This document shows, in pieces, positions 9,564-19,526 of a DNA stretch of 64,000 nucleotides. The notes beneath the pieces were generated by a model. It did no database searches and was not told the DNA's origin. It saw only the letters and a list, made by a program, of their open reading frames with translations. The position numbers were made by a program, and so were the translations under genes. Source of the stretch: a bacterium (GTDB taxonomy: Bacteria; Patescibacteriota; Patescibacteriia; SG8-24); contig JAHFIV010000001.1 of NCBI GenBank assembly GCA_023246225.1, positions 46 through 64,045 of the forward strand, in the 5' to 3' direction. The first letter of the stretch is position 1; each line of letters opens with the position of its first letter.

Positions 9564-11675
9564 CTAGTCGAGAATTCCTATCGGAATCTTTTCCAAATCA
9601 CTAGTTGTAATTCCCAGCCCAAGGGTGCGCATGAGATTGTATGCGTCTCCTGGCTTACCCATGAAATACCGCTTGCCGTTTGCTGGGTTCACATACCACG
9701 CGTCACCTGCATGTTCGACTTGTAATAATATTTTTCCACTCATTCTTTCAATTAATTTTTTGTCGCCAACTTTAAGATCATCATTAGCTGGTATTTTTGT
9801 AAGATCCTTGTCAGAAATACCTAGCGCGAAAGTTCTCATTAAACCAAACGCTGCCGACCCGTCTTTCATGTAATACCTTTTTCCATCATCCGGATTTACG
9901 TACCAAGCTTCACCATGAGATTCGACATCTAATAAGATTTTACCCCTAACATTCGCAGCTAGGCCTGGATCATAAATGGAAAAACCATAAAATGGCATTT
10001 GATTGTGGGATACGTACCATTGGAGCCCATACCAAACGTAATTATTCGAACCGAGAGGTTCAATGGCGCTCAATTCCTGTCTACTAATTTGGACAGTCAA
10101 GGCGTCGATGGCATGAAAAAGATTCGCGTCTGCATTTATCCAATTATCACCACCTTCTTGAATCGAACTAAAATTATACTCTTGCCCATTTCGAGGGTCG
10201 ATGTAGCAACCAAGGGCACAGCCCACATCTGTGGATTGACCCGCCGCCCCATCTTTAAAAACCGTTAAAAATTGACCCCACACGGTCCGAGGTTTTTTTA
10301 TGTAGTCCGAGTAAAAAATGCCAGTATTCGCGTTGAATCCATTCCATTCGCCATTAAAAAGACCTGACATGCGTTCAGCAAAATCACGCAACGACATCTT
10401 TTGGTCATAGACTAAATAACGAACCCCATCTTTCGGACTAAGCCACCAAATCGCGCCGCCCTGTTTAAGAAAAAGGCCGGAATATTTTTGCTTTATTTGT
10501 TGATTCGTTATTCTGTAGATGGATTTTTCTTTTTGATAAATTTGATTTAATCGTCCCAACTGCATAGGGGCAGGAGGTGCGACGATCGCATCGGAAATAT
10601 TCCCGACTGTATCCTGTAATTTAATAATGAAGTATTGCTTCGTCTGGTCAGTTAGTAAGAATTGTTCAGGAATAACCACTTTCGTAAGCCCCTCCTGAAC
10701 GACCAATTTTTTTCCGTCAACCGCCGGATCAGCTATTGGACTTGACCCAAAATAATAAAATATTCTCTTGACCGCACTATCCTCAACAATTTTAGTTAAC
10801 GGTATAGTATATCGAATACGACTTTGTTTCGAAGCGTCATCATTAATAACCTGATAATCGATGTCGAACCATTTTAAAAATGGTGGACTTGTGTCCGACT
10901 GTAATGCTCTCTGAGGTTTTTCAACTACTACAGGTTGCTGCGGAATTGTCTGTGAATAATTTTGTCCTAGTATTCCCAATAACCATTGCTTGATGCTGTT
11001 TACAGACAAAAGGTATCCAAGCGAATTTAATGTGCCAGCAATCACCATCGAAGGGATGCCCACGAATTCGCCTTTTGAGTTGTACGCGGCACCGCCGGAA
11101 TTTCCATGTTCAATCGCGGCAGTTGTTTTTAAATAGTTTTTTGTCCCATCGCTACTACTGCCAAATCCACTAAAATCTCCGGAAGAATAAGTGATCGTAT
11201 TTCCGCCGATCCCCGGGAAGCCAACGACTTCTATTTTTTCACCAAATTGTAGGGAGGCGGAATTGCTGTTCCAAATATTTATGCTAGGAAAAACTCTATT
11301 ATCCGTATTTTTGATATAAAGAATCGCGGCATCAAGCCCTTTTTCGTTGGTGAAATATTTTGTCTCGGCAACATTTCGACTTACTTCAGTACCAAAATTT
11401 GGCTCCTCTTCTGGACTAGAAGTAAATCCAATAAAACAAGCCCGAAGAGTTCCGCCATGCTCATCGGTTACGACGTGCTTATTTGTCAAAATGACTCCCT
11501 TGGAGTCAATAATTGTTCCTGTTCCGCTAAACCAATTGCCGTAGTTGTCGGGACAAACGATCTTAACAGCGGCACTAAGCTGACTCTTGGTAACAGCCCA
11601 TGCCGGAAAAACAAAAAATAAAAGTCCCAGCAGACTAAGTAAAGATGTGCTGATTAATAAAGATGGTTTTCTCAT
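9564..11675 (-). CDS. secreted trypsin-like (S1) serine protease with two C-terminal tandem repeats
   Basis: Signal peptide (MRKPSLLISTSLLSLLGLLFFVFPAWA). His region TNKHVV and Ser region GNSGGAAYN. Two roughly 51-aa repeats (KILLxVExxGxAWYVNPxxGKRYxM...LMRTxxLGI) at the C-terminus. Confidence 0.75.
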   Translation of the reverse strand: MRKPSLLISTSLLSLLGLLFFVFPAWAVTKSQLSAAVKIVCPDNYGNWFSGTGTIIDSKGVILTNKHVVTDEHGGTLRACFIGFTSSPEEEPNFGTEVSRNVAETKYFTNEKGLDAAILYIKNTDNRVFPSINIWNSNSASLQFGEKIEVVGFPGIGGNTITYSSGDFSGFGSSSDGTKNYLKTTAAIEHGNSGGAAYNSKGEFVGIPSMVIAGTLNSLGYLLSVNSIKQWLLGILGQNYSQTIPQQPVVVEKPQRALQSDTSPPFLKWFDIDYQVINDDASKQSRIRYTIPLTKIVEDSAVKRIFYYFGSSPIADPAVDGKKLVVQEGLTKVVIPEQFLLTDQTKQYFIIKLQDTVGNISDAIVAPPAPMQLGRLNQIYQKEKSIYRITNQQIKQKYSGLFLKQGGAIWWLSPKDGVRYLVYDQKMSLRDFAERMSGLFNGEWNGFNANTGIFYSDYIKKPRTVWGQFLTVFKDGAAGQSTDVGCALGCYIDPRNGQEYNFSSIQEGGDNWINADANLFHAIDALTVQISRQELSAIEPLGSNNYVWYGLQWYVSHNQMPFYGFSIYDPGLAANVRGKILLDVESHGEAWYVNPDDGKRYYMKDGSAAFGLMRTFALGISDKDLTKIPANDDLKVGDKKLIERMSGKILLQVEHAGDAWYVNPANGKRYFMGKPGDAYNLMRTLGLGITTSDLEKIPIGILD

Positions 11676-12000
11676 AAAAAATCCGTGTTGTTGTTTGGAA
11701 AAAGTAAAAACGGGCCACACATCTCACGTCCGTCTTTTGATAAAAATAAAAAGCGACACCCGGTGGTGTCTAGACCCAAGCCAAGCACGGATAGTGCGAG
11801 GTTTGTTTACCGGATGCCGCTTATTGCGCGCTATCCGGAAATAGGCAAAAATTGCCCTGTTTAGCTTGGTTCTAGACGAAGGAAGTATACCGTTAAGTGT
11901 TTAAAAAGGAAAAAACGCCATTTTTTACGAGTACGCGCCACGATGACTTGAAACGTTTTATTTTTTAGGCTAAATTTCTCTATGCAAGAAATGCTCAACT

Positions 12001-12882
12001 ATGACTAACGTTGATGAAGTTCGGACATCAAAAAGGATCCTCAAAATCCTTGCCGAATACGCCGATGGCTCGTCCAGGGTAAAAAATCTGACCGAAGAAC
12101 CTTTCAAATTGACCGCGATACCACCAGACTCCAAGACAACAATTCAAACACACTATTTTTTACCATCCAATGAATTTGATGGTCTAGAATTTTCCGTTAT
12201 TCAACAACGGCTAGGCCTCTCATTTAATGCCCTAAAGGAGGAACTTCTAAATTTTCTCAAGCTTGGTTTCGTACACATTTTTAGAAAAAGTTCGCGTAAT
12301 GATTTTTTAAACAGAATTTTTTCTCAAACGACCACACCGTCTTCTCGGACACTTACTTTAACAAATTGGAATTCGCCACAAAATTATCTCGTTTCAATAA
12401 CCGACGAGGGACGAAAAAATCTCAAAACTATACTTCGTCAACCGAATAAGCAAATACAGACCGAGAAGATAAAAAATGAGGTAACAAAAAAATATGACGT
12501 TGAAGAAGTCTATCGTATTAAGTTTAAGGATTTTAAAAATGTGGAAAAACAATCTTTTTTCCAATACGGTGAAAAAATTGCTCCTCTTCCTAGATACACA
12601 ATCCGAGCCAGAAGCCGTAGCATTCAACGATTGGTTGCGAAATTTCTGTATACGGGAACAAACTTAAAAAAGATTTCCTGTGAATGGGACGAGATCGAAG
12701 AATTTCTAACCGAAAACGGTATAGGACCGGTGGGTGGCGCAAAATCTGAAGGGTGGGGAGAGCACAAAAAAATACAAAAAATGATTCGAGATGCAATCAG
12801 GGCAATAAACAAAAAAACTAAAGAATGTTTTGGATTTAAAATCCTAAAACACTCTCGTGGTTTGATTATCAAATCAAAATAA
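12001..12882 (+). CDS. hypothetical protein (island cargo)
   Basis: A 293-aa ORF that is AT-rich and Lys-rich. Followed by a hairpin with a T-run. Confidence 0.5.
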   Translation: MTNVDEVRTSKRILKILAEYADGSSRVKNLTEEPFKLTAIPPDSKTTIQTHYFLPSNEFDGLEFSVIQQRLGLSFNALKEELLNFLKLGFVHIFRKSSRNDFLNRIFSQTTTPSSRTLTLTNWNSPQNYLVSITDEGRKNLKTILRQPNKQIQTEKIKNEVTKKYDVEEVYRIKFKDFKNVEKQSFFQYGEKIAPLPRYTIRARSRSIQRLVAKFLYTGTNLKKISCEWDEIEEFLTENGIGPVGGAKSEGWGEHKKIQKMIRDAIRAINKKTKECFGFKILKHSRGLIIKSK

Positions 12883-12943
12883 TTATTTCCTAAAAGTGAG
12901 TCACATTTCAAAAAGGTGAGTCACGCTCAGTCACATCCCCAAA

Positions 12944-12976
12944 GAGTAGTCTGCATTACGCAGGCTACTTTTTTAT
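12944..12976 (+). terminator. intrinsic terminator-like hairpin with T-run
   Basis: GAGTAGTCTGCATTACGCAGGCTACT followed by TTTTTTA. Preceded by direct repeats GTGAGTCAC x2. Confidence 0.45.
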
Positions 12977-13139
12977 TTACCCCGCCGAATCTAAAAAGCT
13001 CATCTAACAATATGTCCCCACAAAAATCTTCCCCAAACGCAACAGGACCGCCCGTTAAGGCGATCCTGTACGAAACGCAAGACTCTCTAAAAGCCACGTT
13101 TATAATTTTATTTTAACCTTATTACTTAACTAAAGCAAT

Positions 13140-13514
13140 ATGATCGTAAGCGCCCCAACATACAGCATTTGTCCTACCGGTCGATACAACCTATGTATTA
13201 TTGGCAACCCTGAAGAAATAAAAAATCCATTCGATCCAAACAAAAAACTTATTGAGATTCAATTCGAGGCTAAGTCTGTCGATGGGCAAAAATTCACCGT
13301 GTCTCTCCGGTGCAGTCCAGTGCTGCATCCGAAAGGGCATCTATTGCCTTTGGTGGAGGCTATTCTTGGTCGTCAGCTCACCATTCAAGAGCAGCTTCGT
13401 TTCGATCTCGACTCCATCAATGGCTGTGTTGTGAGTGGAGAGGTCACCCACCAGGCCTCGACTCGAGGAAACGTGTATCCCAAAGTAGGTAATTTCAAAA
13501 AAGCTGCTAGCTAA
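13140..13514 (+). CDS. hypothetical protein
   Basis: A 124-aa ORF immediately upstream of the primase gene. Confidence 0.4.
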   Translation: MIVSAPTYSICPTGRYNLCIIGNPEEIKNPFDPNKKLIEIQFEAKSVDGQKFTVSLRCSPVLHPKGHLLPLVEAILGRQLTIQEQLRFDLDSINGCVVSGEVTHQASTRGNVYPKVGNFKKAAS

Positions 13515-13522
13515 TCGTTCAT

Positions 13523-15820
13523 ATGACGGACAGTACAATACTAGCCGCAGCTCTCGAATACCGAAAAATGGGCTGGAGTGTAATCCCTGTTCGACTTTCT
13601 TTTGAGGAAGGAAGAACAGACAAGGCGCAGAAAAAACCTCTTATTGATTGGAAAGACCACCAAACACGCATCGCGAGCGAAGATGAGTTAAAAACCTGGT
13701 GGAAAAAATGGCCCGAAGCACAGATTGGTGTGGTGACAGGAAAAATTTCTGGACTCGTTGTTCTTGACGTTGACCCAGGTGCAACCATTGAAAAGATCAA
13801 TGAATTACGGATCCCTCCCACTCCGACCGTGAAAACACCGAGAGGCTTTCACTATTACCTGAAATACCCTGGAAGCCCGATGAAAAATGCGACTGATCTT
13901 TTTGGCAGAAATTCTCATATTGACCTTCGTGCTGATGGTGGGTTCGCAGTCATTCCGCCTTCTGTATATCCAGATGGAAGAACGTATGAGTGGGCTATTC
14001 ATCCTGACGCGGAGGATCTTGCCGCGGTGCCTGCCATCTTGCTTCTGAGTCAGGCGAGCGATAAAAATGGAACATTAAAATCCATCGCGAACGGTGTCAC
14101 TGAGGGTTCGCGTAATGATTCGGCAGCGAAATTCATTGGAGCGGTGATTTCACGCGCTCCTCAAGCTGAGTGGAAAAATGTTGGCTGGCAGGAGGCTGTT
14201 CGGTGGAATATGACTAATTCTCCACCACTCCCTAAAGAGGAGTTAGAACAGGTTTTTAGCAGTATCACCGCGCGAGAGGCCGCAAGGATTAAGTTTCCTG
14301 TAGAGGAAACTGAAGAAAATGTTCCATCGAAAGCAAGAAATTCTGAATCAGGAGCGGACAATCTCCTTGGAATCGCCAAAAGGAAAGGTGTTGACCTTTT
14401 CCATAATGAAACAGGAGAACCGTACGCTCGTATCCCTATCCACGACCATTTCGAGATCTGGCCTTGTAAGCACAGTCAGATGCAACGGTGGCTGTCATAT
14501 CTGTTTTATGAAAACACTGGATCCGCACCAAAAACAGATGTATTAACGCAAACCGTCAACATGCTGGAATCCATGGCCTCTTATGATGGAGAAAGGCGCA
14601 AGCTTCATAACCGTGTGGCTTGGTATGAAGGATCCTTTTGGTATGACCTTACGGATGCGGACTGGCGCGTGGTGAGAATAGATGGAAATGGCTGGGAGAT
14701 CGTTGCGGCACCTCCTATATTGTTTCAGCGATACGCGCATCAGCAACCACAGGTCGAGCCACAATCAGGCATGGACACAAAGAAAATTCTGGAGTTCGTA
14801 AACATTACGAATGAAGCTGATCAAATTCTGTTTCTGGTTTTCTTGATCTCCTGTTTCATTTCAGGATTTCCACATCCCATCCTCGTTCCCAATGGACAGC
14901 GCGGGTCGGCAAAGAGCACACTATTCCGACTCATCAGAAAAATTGTTGATCCGTCTATTCCTGAACTTCTGTCGCTTCCAAAAAGACCTGAGGAGCTCGT
15001 ACAACTTCTCTCACATCACTGGTTAGCGCCCTTCGATAATGTGACTGCGATCAATGATGCAACTTCCGACGCTCTTTGTCGCGCGATCACCGGTGATGGG
15101 TTCAGTAAGCGTCGCTTATATTCTGACGATGAGGACGTGATCTATGAATTCCTTCGCTGCCTCGGTCTCAATGCGATCAACAACATGGTCACAAAGCCAG
15201 ACCTTCTCGAGCGCTCGCTTCTCATTAATCTTGAAAGAATTCCAAATGAAAACCGCAGGGAAGAAAAGGTTTTTTGGGATGACTTTGCAAAAGCGAGACC
15301 GATGATCTTGGGTGGTATCTTCGACCTCCTAAGCCGCACCATACCCTTACATGAGTCCTTGGTGCTCAACGAGCTTCCCAGGATGGCTGACTTCACCCGC
15401 TGGGGCTGTGCTATCAGTGAGGCTTTGGGGTACGGCAAGGAGAAATTTCTTGATGCCTACAAACTGAACATCGCTGCACAAACGGAAGAAGCGATCAGGG
15501 AAAACCCAGTGGCAGACGCGCTCGTTCTCTTCATGGAAACACAGAAAGTTGTATGGAACGGTACCGCAAGTGTTTTGTTGGAAAAATTAAAAGAGGTTGC
15601 CGCAGGACAAGGGACAGACATGGATGACCGAGGTTGGCCGAAGGGAGCGAATGTTCTCTCCAAAAAACTGAAAGAACTAAAAACAACGCTCGTGGAAAAG
15701 GGCATACATATGTTCCAAGCAGGAAGAGAAATCACTCTCTATAAAAGTGATCTAAAAATGGACACGGGCGCGAGCGAGAAATCAGAGCCGGAATTCCCCA
15801 CCGAGACCTTTTTCAGGTGA
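13523..15820 (+). CDS. bifunctional DNA primase/polymerase (Prim-Pol N-domain) fused to a phage/plasmid P4-type primase C-terminal P-loop domain
   Basis: N-terminal Prim-Pol motifs: GWSVIPV, LVVLDVDP and FAVIPPSVYPDGRTYEW. Central D5_N-like region. Walker-A-like GQRGSAKST. Confidence 0.8.
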   Translation: MTDSTILAAALEYRKMGWSVIPVRLSFEEGRTDKAQKKPLIDWKDHQTRIASEDELKTWWKKWPEAQIGVVTGKISGLVVLDVDPGATIEKINELRIPPTPTVKTPRGFHYYLKYPGSPMKNATDLFGRNSHIDLRADGGFAVIPPSVYPDGRTYEWAIHPDAEDLAAVPAILLLSQASDKNGTLKSIANGVTEGSRNDSAAKFIGAVISRAPQAEWKNVGWQEAVRWNMTNSPPLPKEELEQVFSSITAREAARIKFPVEETEENVPSKARNSESGADNLLGIAKRKGVDLFHNETGEPYARIPIHDHFEIWPCKHSQMQRWLSYLFYENTGSAPKTDVLTQTVNMLESMASYDGERRKLHNRVAWYEGSFWYDLTDADWRVVRIDGNGWEIVAAPPILFQRYAHQQPQVEPQSGMDTKKILEFVNITNEADQILFLVFLISCFISGFPHPILVPNGQRGSAKSTLFRLIRKIVDPSIPELLSLPKRPEELVQLLSHHWLAPFDNVTAINDATSDALCRAITGDGFSKRRLYSDDEDVIYEFLRCLGLNAINNMVTKPDLLERSLLINLERIPNENRREEKVFWDDFAKARPMILGGIFDLLSRTIPLHESLVLNELPRMADFTRWGCAISEALGYGKEKFLDAYKLNIAAQTEEAIRENPVADALVLFMETQKVVWNGTASVLLEKLKEVAAGQGTDMDDRGWPKGANVLSKKLKELKTTLVEKGIHMFQAGREITLYKSDLKMDTGASEKSEPEFPTETFFR

Positions 15821-16256
15821 AAAAATCTAAAAACGATAGAACGATAGAAACGATCTTTTTATAGCCTTTGAAGATTAAAAGAGGGTTAAGAAGAGGGTAG
15901 TAGAGAGGTATAGAGATAGAAAAATCATCGTTTTGATCGTCCTATCGTCATGGAAAGGTTCTTCCGACTGAAAACTTGATTCAAATCAACCTCCTAAAGT
16001 TGAGTAAGAACTCATTCCAAGGCGAACCTCAGCCAAATAACAAAGATTACAAGATTCATATCTTAGTTTAATAGGTTTAAAACCTATGATTAGGACAACG
16101 CACCGTGCGCGACTAGACAAAAGACTAATTAATTGATTTTTAATCAATTTTAAACCATCAAAATAATCTGTTAAAGTAAGCAACGTTGACCAGAAGCGGT
16201 CAGATGACACCACTTGTTATCACCGCTCTCCAGCCGTTGCACTTTAACAACTTAAT

Positions 16257-16499
16257 ATGACCACCGATTCCACAAAAAATAACGATACGAGTATCCATGA
16301 GTATCTCAATGTGAAAGAGTTTGCTGCCGCTTTAAGACTTTCTGTAACCAGTTGTTACCGTCTTGTGCAACAAAGGCTCATTCCTTTCCATCGCTTACGA
16401 GGAGGACTCAGATTTCATCAAAAGGATGTCGATGCTTACTTCAAAGCATGCCGCGTGGAGTCGGTGACGAGGAAAGATTATGAGTGCAAGAAGGAATAA
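16257..16499 (+). CDS. excisionase/AlpA-like HTH DNA-binding protein
   Basis: An 80-aa ORF with an HTH (LNVKEFAAALRLSVTSCYRLVQQRLIPFHRL). Overlaps the integrase start. Confidence 0.6.
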   Translation: MTTDSTKNNDTSIHEYLNVKEFAAALRLSVTSCYRLVQQRLIPFHRLRGGLRFHQKDVDAYFKACRVESVTRKDYECKKE

Positions 16500-17595
16500 G
16501 AATAGAAATTCTTGGTCGGTCGATTTCCAAATCGATGGAATTCGTTACCGTCAACGAAGCCCTGAGAATACCGGGGCCGGTGCTAAGGCATACGAAGCCG
16601 TATTGCGACAAAGATTGGCGCGGGGTGAATCGATTCATGCGAAACCAGCACCAGTTGCTCAGGAGGTGAAGACCTTCGAAGTCTTTTGTAAGGAGTGGTT
16701 CAATACGTACGTGCTCACGAACAGCTCACCAAAAGAACGAGTGCGCAAAGAGTCTGCCCTGCGGGTGCACATCATTCCATTCTTTGGGGCTCGAAAACTC
16801 ACAATGATCACTAATCGCGCCATAGAAGAGTTCAAGGCTTCCCTCCAAAAGCAGGGTCTCGCACCGAACAGTGTAAATAACACCCTAAATGTTCTTACGC
16901 GATGTCTGCGGTCAGCAGTTGAATGGGGTGAGCTTGGTGTGCTGCCAAACGTCAAAAGAATGAAGGTCCCTCCTACTAAATTTGATTTTCTCTCCCCCGA
17001 AGAGACCGATCGACTCTTTGCTGCAACAAAAAAAGATATGCCTTGGCATCTCATGCTCATGATCGCCGCAAGAACAGGTATGAGATTCGGAGAAATTATT
17101 GTACTGGAGTGGGGAGATGTTGATTTTGAGCGGCGAACAATCACCATTCAACGCTCTCTTAGTAATCGAGTAATCACTGCACCAAAGAACAACAAAAAAA
17201 GATTTGTACCTATCGCTCCAGACCTCTTTCCCGTCTTGTGGGAGTATCGGCAACAGAGTGGGTTGGTACTCCCTGGACCACAGGGCGACTACTTAACTCA
17301 TTCAATGGGGAGAACGGCGCTCGAGAAGTATCGACGGAATGCGGCGATAAGAAAGATCGGGTGGCACACGCTTCGCCATTCCTTCGCGTCACAATTAGTC
17401 TCCAGAGGAGTTTCATTGCGGATTGTCCAGGAACTTCTTGGACATTCAGATATGCGGGTTACACTTCGTTATGCGCACCTCGCACCCTCTAGCCTGAGAC
17501 AAGCGATCAATCTCCTGACGTTGCCCGAGGTAGAAGAAGAAATGTCTACCGGCTGTCAACGCAACATCCTTGAAGACAAAAAATCATTACAATAG
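16480..17595 (+). CDS. tyrosine-type site-specific integrase
   Basis: C-terminal catalytic region HTLRHSFASQLVSRGVSLRIVQELLGHSDMRVTLRYAHL, covering the R...HxxR...Y motif arrangement. N-terminal SAM-like domain. Confidence 0.9.
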   Translation: MSARRNKNRNSWSVDFQIDGIRYRQRSPENTGAGAKAYEAVLRQRLARGESIHAKPAPVAQEVKTFEVFCKEWFNTYVLTNSSPKERVRKESALRVHIIPFFGARKLTMITNRAIEEFKASLQKQGLAPNSVNNTLNVLTRCLRSAVEWGELGVLPNVKRMKVPPTKFDFLSPEETDRLFAATKKDMPWHLMLMIAARTGMRFGEIIVLEWGDVDFERRTITIQRSLSNRVITAPKNNKKRFVPIAPDLFPVLWEYRQQSGLVLPGPQGDYLTHSMGRTALEKYRRNAAIRKIGWHTLRHSFASQLVSRGVSLRIVQELLGHSDMRVTLRYAHLAPSSLRQAINLLTLPEVEEEMSTGCQRNILEDKKSLQ

Positions 17596-17660
17596 CACCT
17601 CCTCTCACCGCCAGTTTCTTGCAAAAATAAGGCTAAAAATGTAGTATGGCGATACAACGT

Positions 17661-17748
17661 GGAGGGGTGGCCGAGAGGTTTAAGGCAACAGTCTTGAAAA
17701 CTGTCGTTCTGAAAGGAACCGTGAGTTCGAATCTCACCCCCTCCGCCA
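17661..17748 (+). tRNA. tRNA-Ser(TGA): tRNA-Ser (anticodon TGA)
   Basis: Manually folded cloverleaf: acceptor stem GGAGGGG/CCCCTCC, anticodon loop CTTGAAA, long variable arm, T-loop GTTCGAATC, discriminator G, encoded CCA. 88 nt. Confidence 0.85.
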
Positions 17749-17775
17749 CGACAATTTCTTATCGGTGTCATCCTT

Positions 17776-18381
17776 ATGAGGAAAATCATCACCACAACAT
17801 TTGTAACCTTGGACGGCGTTATGCAAGCTCCCGGTAGCTCCAAGGAAGATACCGCTGAAGGATTCAAGTATGGAGGTTGGCAGCAGCAGTCTGGCTGGGC
17901 GGATGACATAACGGGTAAGATCATCGAGGAGTTTATGACCATTCCTTTTGAGATGCTCTTAGGAAGGCTCACCTATGAGATATTTGCCGGGTACTGGCCC
18001 CATCATCCAGAAATTGAACTCATAGCAAAGCCGTTCAACGGCACGAAGAAATATGTTGTCTCACATAAACCCTTTAAACTTTCCTGGAACAATTCTGTGC
18101 TCATTACGGGAGACGTGGTGGCAGAAATAAAAAAACTTAAAACTTTAAATGGTCCCGATCTGTGGGTGTGGGGTAGCGGCAACCTCATTCAAACGCTCCT
18201 GCAGCACAACCTTATAGACCAAATGCACATTTGGACACATCCCCTCACTATCGGCACCGGCAAGAAATTATTCGCCGAAGGAACACAACCGGAGCGCCTT
18301 AAACTAGTTGACTCAAAAATCTCCACAACGGGTGTCATAATTGCAACGTACGAGCCGGCAGGGCCGCTGAAAAAAGGATAA
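17776..18381 (+). CDS. RibD C-terminal domain / dihydrofolate-reductase-family protein (YyaP-like)
   Basis: The N-terminal MRKIITTTFVTLDGVMQAPG...GGW is typical of the bacterial bifunctional deaminase-reductase C-terminal family. Confidence 0.7.
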   Translation: MRKIITTTFVTLDGVMQAPGSSKEDTAEGFKYGGWQQQSGWADDITGKIIEEFMTIPFEMLLGRLTYEIFAGYWPHHPEIELIAKPFNGTKKYVVSHKPFKLSWNNSVLITGDVVAEIKKLKTLNGPDLWVWGSGNLIQTLLQHNLIDQMHIWTHPLTIGTGKKLFAEGTQPERLKLVDSKISTTGVIIATYEPAGPLKKG

Positions 18382-18780
18382 TTCTGAAATAAAAATGCCG
18401 CAAAAGAAAAACTTGAAATCGTTCTTGGTTTTGGGAGCAATCCCCGCCGTTTTATAATATTTCCTATCGGAGACTGAAGCGGCGAAGCAAAACCAAGAAT
18501 TTCCTTTCCATTTTTTGTCGGCTCCCCCCACACCCCCCGCCGAATTAAATCAGAAAGGAAGGAAAATTTTTGGGTTTTGCCCGCGCGAGTCCGCGAGCGC
18601 GGCAGAGGCGCAATCGGAGCGTACGATCCAATCTAAAGCCACCACGCACTCGGAGCGTGCGATTAGTAGCGAGACTATTTAAGGACGAGACTCACACGCC
18701 TCAAATCCGCCCATCCGTCAGACCCCCAAAAAAGCCCTAACATATACAGAAGTCTGGGGTACTGAACTACCCCGCACCGC

Positions 18781-18823
18781 AAAGAAACAGCCGTCACCTC
18801 CTCGGGGTGACGGCTGTTTCTTT
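18781..18823 (-). terminator. strong hairpin terminator directly after the XRE gene stop
   Basis: 18-bp perfect stem AAAGAAACAGCCGTCACC / GGTGACGGCTGTTTCTTT with a 7-nt loop. The stop codon of 18830..19036 is 7 nt away. Confidence 0.55.
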
Positions 18824-18829
18824 GTCGTA

Positions 18830-19036
18830 TTACTCCTTTTTGTATTCTAAAATATCTCCTGGCTGACACTCCAAAGCTTTGCAAATCGCCTCCAACGTTG
18901 AGAAACGAACAGCTTTTGCTTTTCCATTTTTCAAAACGGAAATGTTGGCCATTGTAATACCGACTTTCTCCGCAAGTTCAGTGACGCTCATCTTCCGCTT
19001 TGCCAACATGACGTCGATGGTAATAGTAATCGCCAT
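18830..19036 (-). CDS. XRE-family (Cro/C1-type) HTH transcriptional regulator
   Basis: A 68-aa protein with HTH MSVTELAEKVGITMANISVLKNGKAKAVRFSTLEAICKAL. Confidence 0.8.
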   Translation of the reverse strand: MAITITIDVMLAKRKMSVTELAEKVGITMANISVLKNGKAKAVRFSTLEAICKALECQPGDILEYKKE

Positions 19037-19046
19037 AGTGGTTTGC

Positions 19047-19526
19047 TTATACCGTTAAGTCGTTCTCAGACTTTATATCCACTGCACTTTGTAAAGTTTT
19101 TTCAAACACAGCCGCGACAGTTGCGACAACGATAGAGACAAAGGAAATGAGAACACCCATAAAAACACCACCCGCAATGTCATCGCCGGGACGAACTATA
19201 AACAGGTAGGCTTCGAGCGGTGCGATAAAACCAACGATAATTATCGCGCAGTATTTTATAGTTCGCAAAGCTTTCACAGAACGTGGTGAGAATACTTTAT
19301 TTTGCCCGATGTATCCGAGCAACTTGCATGCTTGATAGAGCGCCGCAAAAAAAGGAATGGATCCGATATACACATACGCCAAGAATGGATCTTTAAAATA
19401 CATCTCGAAGAGCGTGGCGTGCGCGTTCCTTCCCTCAATGTGGGGTTCCCAAAGCAGAAGGGCAAAAGCACCGATACCCAGAGCCACGATTACTATCTGC
19501 AGAAATATCGTTGAGCTTCGTTTCAT
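19047..19526 (-). CDS. DUF2975-like membrane protein (usual partner of XRE HTH regulators)
   Basis: A 4-TM small protein. A gene pair with the downstream XRE regulator on the same strand, 10 nt apart. Confidence 0.6.
   Translation of the reverse strand: MKRSSTIFLQIVIVALGIGAFALLLWEPHIEGRNAHATLFEMYFKDPFLAYVYIGSIPFFAALYQACKLLGYIGQNKVFSPRSVKALRTIKYCAIIIVGFIAPLEAYLFIVRPGDDIAGGVFMGVLISFVSIVVATVAAVFEKTLQSAVDIKSENDLTV

Noticed and set aside
17556-17972. A 138-aa minus-strand ORF overlapping tRNA-Ser
   Set aside because: Overlaps a well-folded tRNA and the start of the RibD-C gene. No motifs.
18521-18545. CACCCCCCGCCGAA as the attR direct repeat of the tRNA 3' end
   Set aside because: Only about 11 of 14 nt match and need a gap. 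It would place the integrase outside the element. Kept only as a low-interest note.
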